The position numbers and the translations under genes are program-made. A DNA stretch of 16,977 bases, from the NCBI GenBank assembly GCA_027485795.1, contig JAIXQK010000139.1:1-16977 (forward strand), written 5' to 3'. The DNA comes from Oxalobacteraceae bacterium (GTDB taxonomy: Bacteria; Pseudomonadota; Gammaproteobacteria; Burkholderiales; Burkholderiaceae_D). Below, one piece after another: positions 7,741 to 13,739 of the stretch. The notes below the pieces were generated by a model that saw only the letters and a program-made list of their open reading frames with translations, had not been told where the DNA came from and searched no databases. Each line of letters begins with the position of its first letter. Position 1 is the stretch's first letter.

Positions 7741-7813
7741 AAGCCCTACAGCGCGTTTGTATAGGCGCTGGGTATTCTAGGTTGCGCTGCTTAAAAAACA
7801 GCGTGTAGGGCTT
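7741..7813. repeat. Nested inverted-repeat element (10-bp outer stem enclosing two GCGC(T)G hairpins)
   Basis: The outer arms aagccctaca (7741-7750) and tgtagggctt (7804-7813) are perfect complements. Inside, cagcgc/gcgctg (7749-7754 / 7765-7770) and gcgctg/cagcg (7784-7789 / 7799-7803) can form two further hairpins. Confidence 0.5.
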
Positions 7814-7827
7814 GTACAGCATCGCAA

Positions 7828-7852
7828 GTTATCCACATAAGCTGTGGACAAC
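7828..7852. promoter_or_regulatory. 10-5-10 palindrome containing a perfect DnaA box (TTATCCACA) facing a near-perfect one (TTGTCCACA)
   Basis: The sequence is gttatccaca-taagc-tgtggacaac, with one arm mismatch. TTATCCACA (7829-7837) equals the DnaA-box consensus. The site can also be read as 9-7-9, like the core site of a tyrosine recombinase. Confidence 0.5.
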
Positions 7853-7991
7853 GGCTCAGTTTCGCAACAGATCAGCGCCCAACAACTCGGTTGTATCGGC
7901 GTGCACAGAAATGTGGCAATCATCCTACGAGTTTAACAACCACGTTGACTGTTGTGGCTGTTGATTTTGCAACGAGATCGCTGGTGTCTAG

Positions 7992-8025
7992 AACCACATC
8001 AAATGCATGTTTGATGTGGTTTTTT
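7992..8025 (+). terminator. Hairpin plus T-tract (possible intrinsic terminator or protein-binding palindrome)
   Basis: aaccacatcaaa (7992-8003) pairs perfectly with tttgatgtggtt (8010-8021) across the 6-nt loop tgcatg, and is followed by tttt. The stem has only 4 of 12 G:C pairs, so the terminator call is tentative. There is no T-tract on the other strand. Confidence 0.4.
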
Positions 8026-8158
8026 GCTGAGCAGTGCTAAGTCATTGAATTTTGGAAGGAATCATTTTAAGGGTATTCCGCTAAAAATTGGTCGTCCAAA
8101 CAAAGCAAAGAAATTACGCTGTGTATGTGTTTAAGATTTGGTTAGAAAGGACGCACAC

Positions 8159-8731
8159 ATGCCCAAGCAAGCAAAAACCCTTCAAGCCCAAGAATTGCGC
8201 CGAGTGCTGGATTACCTTGCAACGCGCCCTCATGCATTACGTAATCGTGTGATGCTATTAACAACCTATTACGCTGGGCTGCGGGTAGGGGAGGTCGCCA
8301 ACTTACGCTACGGCGATATTGTCGATGGGCTCGGGCATATCCGCGATGAAGTTAGGCTTGATCCCGGGCAGACCAAAGGACGCTTTGGTCGGGTGGTGTT
8401 TATCAATATCAAGCTCAAGCGCGAGCTCGCGGCTTACCTTGCTCGGTTTCCGCAAACAGCCGCAGACCAAAAGTTGTTCGCTACCCAAAAGCGTGCAACT
8501 GGCTTCACGCCCAATACACTGGCGCAGCATTTTTATGGTCTCTATCGCGGCGCTGGCATCGAAGGGGCGAGCAGTCACTCGGGTCGGCGAACGTTTATTA
8601 CCAATCTCGCGAGTAAAGGCGTTGGGGTGAGGGTGCTGATGAGCCTAGCGGGTCACAAGCATATCGGTACGACTCAAGCTTATATCGATGTAAATGATGA
8701 GATGAAGCGCCAGGCAGTGGAACTTGTCTAG
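8159..8731 (+). CDS. Small (190-aa) tyrosine recombinase, catalytic domain only (FimB/FimE-sized)
   Basis: The ATG at 8159 is preceded by AAAGGA; the ORF track begins at a TTG at 8138. The catalytic signature is present: AGLRVGEV (Arg), TKGRFGRVV (Lys), HSGRRTF (His-x-x-Arg), LAGHKHIGTTQAYIDV (His, Tyr). There is no N-terminal core-binding or arm-binding domain. Confidence 0.85.
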   Translation: MPKQAKTLQAQELRRVLDYLATRPHALRNRVMLLTTYYAGLRVGEVANLRYGDIVDGLGHIRDEVRLDPGQTKGRFGRVVFINIKLKRELAAYLARFPQTAADQKLFATQKRATGFTPNTLAQHFYGLYRGAGIEGASSHSGRRTFITNLASKGVGVRVLMSLAGHKHIGTTQAYIDVNDEMKRQAVELV

Positions 8732-9111
8732 TCTCGTTTGACCCAGCGGTGTTCACCTCGCCAGCCTATTTCTTCGTCGGATAGTCCGGTTACGCGTTGA
8801 TAGTTTTGATCGGCTTGGCGCTGAACATCGGCATACCGCATGAATGCTTTGATGATGTCGATCTCGGTTGGCTCAACCGTCTGTGCATCGCGACCTATTT
8901 GAGCAGCAAGATACTTTTGCACCCAAGCGTGTTGCCAAGCTTTGGGATAGACCTTGACAGTCCGCTTGGGTGGTGAAGTGGGGACTGTGGGTGTGGGGAT
9001 TTGGGCAGCCGCTGACTGCTGCTGTTGTTGAATCAAGCGTTTCTGTTGTAGTTGTTGCTGACTGATTTTCAGTATGGGTGTTGCAGCTGGGGCAAATTCA
9101 AGAAAGCGCAT
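8728..9111 (-). CDS. Hypothetical protein with Gln-rich and Pro-rich N-terminal low-complexity region
   Basis: 127-aa ORF with AGGA about 9 nt upstream of the ATG at 9111. It lies downstream of and on the same strand as the 301-aa ORF. I recognise no family. Confidence 0.5.
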   Translation of the reverse strand: MRFLEFAPAATPILKISQQQLQQKRLIQQQQQSAAAQIPTPTVPTSPPKRTVKVYPKAWQHAWVQKYLAAQIGRDAQTVEPTEIDIIKAFMRYADVQRQADQNYQRVTGLSDEEIGWRGEHRWVKRD

Positions 9112-9168
9112 GTTGTATATCCTGGGTAGATCCTATTCCATGTATTTATAGGTTCTAGGATTACGGTA

Positions 9169-10068
9169 TCAAAGTGATTGCAGCAGTAGCCTCGCCTGAA
9201 CCATGGCTTCAATCGCTTTTTGTCGCTTGATCATGGGTTTGACTTTTCGCTCGTAGTAGGTTTTTCGGACGGAAACACCACTGTTGATTTTTTCGCGCCT
9301 GCGATTGTGCGCGATCTTGATCTGCTGAGCTGACAATACCCAAATTTGTTCGTAATTGAATGAAAGACCAGTGTCGATAGGTTCAAGCGACGGGAACACA
9401 CCGCGCGCAGCGTTTTCAGCCAGGTAAAACGATTCCTTCAGATGTTTGCTGACCAATATCCCGAGACTGGTGCGCGCTTCAAGATTATCAATGGTGTTTT
9501 TGGTGGCGGTTTTGAGCTCGTCTGTCCATTTACTTTTGAGCTTCACTTCTACCCCAAGCCGCCAATTTGAGATCTTTTTGCCGGTTTTGCGCTCAATGCG
9601 ACCCTTATCGTTGACTAATGCTAATCGTGCGTGCAGTGCGCTTAGCCGCACTTTATTCGTGAGAAATCTAATTGCCGAGCGCCGCTTGGATGATCGGTCC
9701 GCTTTTGCTTGACGGACAAAGGCGGTGAACTCCGCGATCAGTCTGTTTGGCGATTGTGCCAAGTCCACGGGATAGGCAATCAAATTCCCAGCATCGTTTG
9801 GATCGCGTAGCAAGTCTCTGCCCCGTTCCTCCCACCAGTCTTCGAATTCAGTTTCGTAGATATTTCCGCACAGTTCGTAGATCTCCAACACCCGTTTGAA
9901 GTCAGTTGGGAGTTGTCCTTTCTCGCTTTTCGTTAGTCCAACTGTTCGCTGCCGGTGGGCAAGCTGATAGCTGGGACTTGCTATCAAAAAGTCAAAAAAA
10001 GCCTCTTCCTTGTCCGTTGCATGCCGGGTGCTGGCCAGGAGGCTCAGGATTTTACGGTCAGTATTCAT
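9169..10068 (-). CDS. Hypothetical protein (about 299 aa)
   Basis: The long ORF is 9169..10074. The track start is a GTG at 10074 and the first ATG is at 10068. A perfect TATAAT (10080-10075 on the - strand) abuts the GTG, which puts the ATG about 7 nt downstream and raises the possibility of a leaderless mRNA. The C-terminus is basic. I recognise no family. Confidence 0.6.
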   Translation of the reverse strand: MNTDRKILSLLASTRHATDKEEAFFDFLIASPSYQLAHRQRTVGLTKSEKGQLPTDFKRVLEIYELCGNIYETEFEDWWEERGRDLLRDPNDAGNLIAYPVDLAQSPNRLIAEFTAFVRQAKADRSSKRRSAIRFLTNKVRLSALHARLALVNDKGRIERKTGKKISNWRLGVEVKLKSKWTDELKTATKNTIDNLEARTSLGILVSKHLKESFYLAENAARGVFPSLEPIDTGLSFNYEQIWVLSAQQIKIAHNRRREKINSGVSVRKTYYERKVKPMIKRQKAIEAMVQARLLLQSL

Positions 10069-10210
10069 AAACACATTATATGAAATAAGGTAATTAAGAT
10101 TTTATACAAAAGACAGTTCTTTCGCGATCGGGTTCAATCCGATCCATCGAAACGCCGCAAAGCGCTTCGGTGGAATTCAACCCAATTCATCTTTTGCGAA
10201 AGGCTTTGCC

Positions 10211-11179
10211 ATGACTACAACACTTGCGGCAGTACCGACCCAATCCCTGCCGATCAACGCGCCCACTAGCGCGCCACCGGTGACACTGACCAATCTGTTT
10301 CGACCCAAGGCAGCACAGGCGGCTGAGACCGCACTGACTAAACCAGTTCCAGCTGGCGTGGCGGGCGCTGTCGAGGTGGCGAATACCCTGCTGGCGAGCT
10401 ATGCCCAGCTCAAGGTTGAGGTGCTGGACCGCTCTGACCGTGCTTTATGGGCTTTGCTGGGTGAGGTGTATGCCTATGTAGCGGCGGTGGATGGGTCGCC
10501 CTTGAAGCGCGAGACGCGCGCTGAGTTGATTCGCCAGATTAGCCAACGTACGGGCTCATCGGTTTCCACGGCAGCGACGACTGCTGCGATTGTGGTGCGC
10601 TACATCTTTGCTGACCAATCCCGCCAGACCTGGAGTAACTACACGATTGCCATGGAAAAGGCAGCGGCTTTGGGTGTGACCACCGACAGCTTTGCGGGCT
10701 TTTTGGAGCAGTACGGCGGGGTCACCAAGGTGGTTGAGCACACGTTTGACTACCAGGCTGACGATGCAGCAACGGCTGCTGAGATTGCGCGCGAGCAGCG
10801 TGATACCAAGCAATCTCGCGTGGGCTTGGTGGGTCGCCTATGTACGGCACTGGCACATGCCTCCACGGTACAGCTGACCTATCGCGAGCCTTTGCATGTG
10901 TGGGTTCCAACCAAGCCTAAGAAGGCGGCGAAGGCTGCTAAATCAGCCGGTAAAGATGACAAGCTCGATCCCAAGTTCGAGAAGGGAAAGTTTGTGGTGT
11001 TTTTGACCGTACCGGACACCACAACAGGCACGTACCGAGTGGTCCAGGGCAACGTGTTTAATCGGGCAGTTGAAGAGCAGCTCTTGGCTGCAATGGCTGA
11101 GCGCATGGGTGCTGACGCCGACGAGTTGACCCAAGCGGTCGTCTCGCTTGAGCAAAGCATTAGCGGCGCTGCTGAATAG
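10211..11179 (+). CDS. Hypothetical Ala-rich protein with basic KPKKAAKAAKSAGK linker
   Basis: 322-aa ORF with AAAGG 7 nt upstream of the ATG. It is the first gene of the + strand operon that contains the polymerase-like gene. I recognise no family. Confidence 0.6.
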   Translation: MTTTLAAVPTQSLPINAPTSAPPVTLTNLFRPKAAQAAETALTKPVPAGVAGAVEVANTLLASYAQLKVEVLDRSDRALWALLGEVYAYVAAVDGSPLKRETRAELIRQISQRTGSSVSTAATTAAIVVRYIFADQSRQTWSNYTIAMEKAAALGVTTDSFAGFLEQYGGVTKVVEHTFDYQADDAATAAEIAREQRDTKQSRVGLVGRLCTALAHASTVQLTYREPLHVWVPTKPKKAAKAAKSAGKDDKLDPKFEKGKFVVFLTVPDTTTGTYRVVQGNVFNRAVEEQLLAAMAERMGADADELTQAVVSLEQSISGAAE

Positions 11180-11425
11180 ACCCCACTGTTTATACCCTGT
11201 GGGTCGAGCGTCTGGACACCTTGGGTGTGTCCAGATGCTGGATAGCCCCGTAATCGATACTCGAGTTGAAAAAAAGATCGGAGGATGGAATCGGCTTCGC
11301 CTCTTTCTATCGCTCTTTCCTTCTTTCCTGACCAATTTCTCTTTGCTCGAATTGATGGCAACTACGGGGGTTTGGGAAGCGCAGCTTCCTACTATAAGTG
11401 TGTGTATTTTTTAGAAAGTACAGCC

Positions 11426-12904
11426 ATGTTCAAGATTGTCATCGACCCGATCGTACTGCAGCGGCTCAGGAAGGCGTTTCCAAAGCCACCGCAGTGCGCA
11501 GACAAAGCCTTGGAGAAATACCGGCTATTACTTGAAGACCTCCTATTTAAAGCCATTCAGCGTGGACGCAGTGCCTATGAGCTGCGCTTTAACCTGTATT
11601 CGATCCCAGCCGCTGACTTATCGCATAAGGGTCCGCAGCTATCACTGGGTAAAGAGCGGCTACATGCATGGCTCAAAGCCCAACAGCTCGACCTCATACA
11701 AATCGTTGAGCTGGGTAGCAATCTGAATGGGCTGGTCTCAAAAGTACGACTGACCAACTTGGTCACCATCGATGATGGTTTAACCGGTCTTGCTCAGCAG
11801 CTAAGTTACGCGAAGAGCGCCGCTGAGGTTGACGCATTGCTGTGCGCAGATATGGCTGCGAACGCCAAGTTACTCAGCGAACTGTTCCCCGACTATTTCT
11901 CTTATCTATCAGCCCACCAGCGCGCCCAGGTATTTGACAACGTCCCCATCGATATCGGATCACTCGAAGCCTATATCGTCTGGCTCAATACCAAAGCGAC
12001 CAAGCTATCCGCCACCAAAATCCAGACCTATACCCGGCAGGCAATGATGATTCTGGCGGTTGCCAAGTACACAGGCGGGTATTTCCCAATGCGTAAAAAG
12101 CCAAGCGACTTTGGGCGTATGTATTACACCGGCACCAGTGTCCAGAATGTGGACAAGACGCTGCGACGAGCAATGCTGGGAGACTGCTGGGAATACGACA
12201 TCAAATCCGCAGTCATTGCCTGGAAGTTGACTTTTGCGCAGGAGCTAGCGGCTGCGCTCGATCCTAACCGAGCGGTTGAGCGCCAGTTCTGGGCATCTAT
12301 CTTGTATGTCACTGTGCGCTCCGAATTCATGCGCGATGTTCGTGCTGCCACCTTCGATCAATCAACGCTGCTACCGAGGGACGCACAAAACGCCCTGATC
12401 AAGCAGGCGGTCACCGCCATTGGGTTTGGTGCGCGCGCTAAGACCAGCGGCTGGCGCGAGGTGAATGGTACTTGGACGAATCCCTCCTTGGTCGAGCTAC
12501 TTAAAAACCCCGACGAGCGTAGCCGTTTCTTTGCTTGCCCAATGATTCAGCAATTCATTACCGAGCAGGCAGCACTCGACAAGTACCTGGCTCATGGCAT
12601 GAAGGCAGCGATGCCCGAGGTGTACTTCGGACCCTTAATTACCGCCAATACCAAGCCCAGCCCATCGAAAGCCGTGGCTTACCTCTATCAGCATCAAGAA
12701 ACCCAGGCAATGAATATTGCCCGCGCAGTTCTAGCCAAGCACGGCATACAGCCCATTGCCAACATTCATGACGCGTTCATCGTCAAGCGAAAATTACCAA
12801 CCGATGTGCTGCATGAGGTCATTTTTGAGATGCAGGAGCAGATGGAAAACCCCTATTTTTCCATGAAAGGAGACAAGCTTGAAGGATTCCGATTTGCCAT
12901 TTGA
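11426..12904 (+). CDS. Compact (492-aa) polymerase-like protein of the T7-RNAP / Pol I (family A) superfamily
   Basis: The ORF is open from 11285, but its first 47 codons are low-complexity and the ATG at 11285 abuts GGAGG with no spacer, so I start at Met 11426 (MFKIVIDP). Hand alignment from memory finds five matches. (1) DFGRMYYTGTSVQNV versus Pol I TGRLSSxxPNLQNI and T7 DWRGRVY. (2) Motif A, EYD258IKSAVI. (3) Motif B, K326QAVTAIGFG versus T7 KRSVMTLAYG. (4) YQHQETQAMNIARAV...KHGIQPIANIHD449AF versus T7 HSQDGSHLRKTV...KYGIESFALIHDSF. (5) The C-terminus GFRFAI versus T7 DFAFA. Confidence 0.6.
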   Translation: MFKIVIDPIVLQRLRKAFPKPPQCADKALEKYRLLLEDLLFKAIQRGRSAYELRFNLYSIPAADLSHKGPQLSLGKERLHAWLKAQQLDLIQIVELGSNLNGLVSKVRLTNLVTIDDGLTGLAQQLSYAKSAAEVDALLCADMAANAKLLSELFPDYFSYLSAHQRAQVFDNVPIDIGSLEAYIVWLNTKATKLSATKIQTYTRQAMMILAVAKYTGGYFPMRKKPSDFGRMYYTGTSVQNVDKTLRRAMLGDCWEYDIKSAVIAWKLTFAQELAAALDPNRAVERQFWASILYVTVRSEFMRDVRAATFDQSTLLPRDAQNALIKQAVTAIGFGARAKTSGWREVNGTWTNPSLVELLKNPDERSRFFACPMIQQFITEQAALDKYLAHGMKAAMPEVYFGPLITANTKPSPSKAVAYLYQHQETQAMNIARAVLAKHGIQPIANIHDAFIVKRKLPTDVLHEVIFEMQEQMENPYFSMKGDKLEGFRFAI

Positions 12905-13739
12905 TATTGAGTTTGACCGTGCTCTTAAAACTTTTGAGGAAAACATGACGACCTATCTGATCTTGACAGCGCCTGTTCCAGGCAATCGTGAAATATCAGC
13001 CGATACCAACGAGTCACTGGCATGTGAAATTTATGTAGCTATGTCGGGGCTAGCACCGGGCGACCGTAACCATGTAGCTTTGGCGTTAGCATCCGCACCC
13101 CAATCGATCGCGTTAGATCCTAGCCAAGCCATCGCTACGCTATCGATTCATACCAGTGGGTTAGTGCTATGGAAGCAGCGCTATCGCGCAACCTATATCT
13201 GCGCCCATCAACTTCACCTAGCAGCGATCGATCACGACTGCGAAGCGATCATTACCCACGCCGAGCAGTTATCAGTGCTTCTTGAGCAGGCAACTGAGCT
13301 GGGTGAGTATGACTTAACCGATCGTCTGGGCATCGATCGCTGCGGGGACAACTTTGACAACGAAGCGAATGCAGTCTTTGAAATCGCTGAAGAGCTTGAG
13401 GCGATTCTAGGATGCACAATCGCCGCCACACCCCAAGACGGGGGAGGCGAATTCGATGCGATTTGCTCCAACTGTGGCGAGCCGATGCACGATCATGGTG
13501 ATGAAGCCGCCTGGCACGTGGTCACCGCACAGGTTGCGGATGGTCACCCCTGCGATGTGTATTTCATATCTCACAGCATGGAGGAGGTCGATCAATTTGC
13601 AGCAGCAGTCCGTCCCAGGCTTGTGTGCACCAGTGCCTATACAACCTTAAGTGAGGCGCAGGCATTTGCTGATCAGCATTTACAGGGGTATGACGAAATC
13701 GATCCGAATGCAATGCATCTTTCGGATAACTTACATTAA
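12879..13739 (+). CDS. Hypothetical acidic protein with a Cys/His cluster (CSNCGEPMHDHGDEAAWH)
   Basis: 286-aa ORF from the TTG at 12879, with AAGGAG 6 nt upstream, overlapping the polymerase-like gene by 26 nt. The alternative start is the ATG at 12945, preceded by GAGGA. I recognise no family. Confidence 0.55.
   Translation: MKDSDLPFDIEFDRALKTFEENMTTYLILTAPVPGNREISADTNESLACEIYVAMSGLAPGDRNHVALALASAPQSIALDPSQAIATLSIHTSGLVLWKQRYRATYICAHQLHLAAIDHDCEAIITHAEQLSVLLEQATELGEYDLTDRLGIDRCGDNFDNEANAVFEIAEELEAILGCTIAATPQDGGGEFDAICSNCGEPMHDHGDEAAWHVVTAQVADGHPCDVYFISHSMEEVDQFAAAVRPRLVCTSAYTTLSEAQAFADQHLQGYDEIDPNAMHLSDNLH

Noticed and set aside
7774-7790. Candidate left att repeat: tattctaggttgcgctg resembles tattctggtaggtcgtgc at the tRNA 3' junction (15856-15873).
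   Set aside because: The match needs a 3-nt gap and then has several mismatches. The shared tattct lies on the island side of the tRNA end, where a core repeat is not expected. This is consistent with chance.
7741-7813. The 73-nt nested inverted repeat considered as a tRNA or tRNA-like gene, since it has tRNA size, a terminal stem and two internal hairpins.
   Set aside because: No anticodon arm can be formed from the central ggtattctaggtt segment. The loops lack the D-loop GG and T-loop TTCRA signatures, and the terminal stem is 10 bp rather than 7.
8728-8731. Both convergent gene pairs overlap by exactly 4 nt at their stops: ctag at 8728-8731 and ttaa at 13736-13739.
   Set aside because: Palindromic tetranucleotides containing stop codons on both strands arise easily when convergent genes are tightly packed. 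No further structure accompanies them.
10879-11361. Long antisense or alternative-frame ORFs inside real genes: 10879..11361 -, 10943..11335 -, 7175..7573 +, 8303..8578 -, 8319..8630 +, 14750..15145 +, 15178..15489 +, 16356..16721 -, 1357..1623 -, 3708..3989 +, 12124..12351 - and similar.
   Set aside because: Each lies wholly or largely within a longer ORF that has clear family motifs or a good RBS. Their translations are low-complexity (Ser/Arg/Ala/Pro-rich), typical of shadow ORFs in GC-richer DNA.
11285-11425. N-terminal 47-codon extension of the polymerase-like ORF (MESASPLSIALSFFPDQ...).
   Set aside because: The ATG at 11285 directly abuts GGAGG with no spacer. The extension is translated from the polypyrimidine tract and a hairpin region and looks non-protein-like. 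Met 11426 begins a plausible globular N-terminus.
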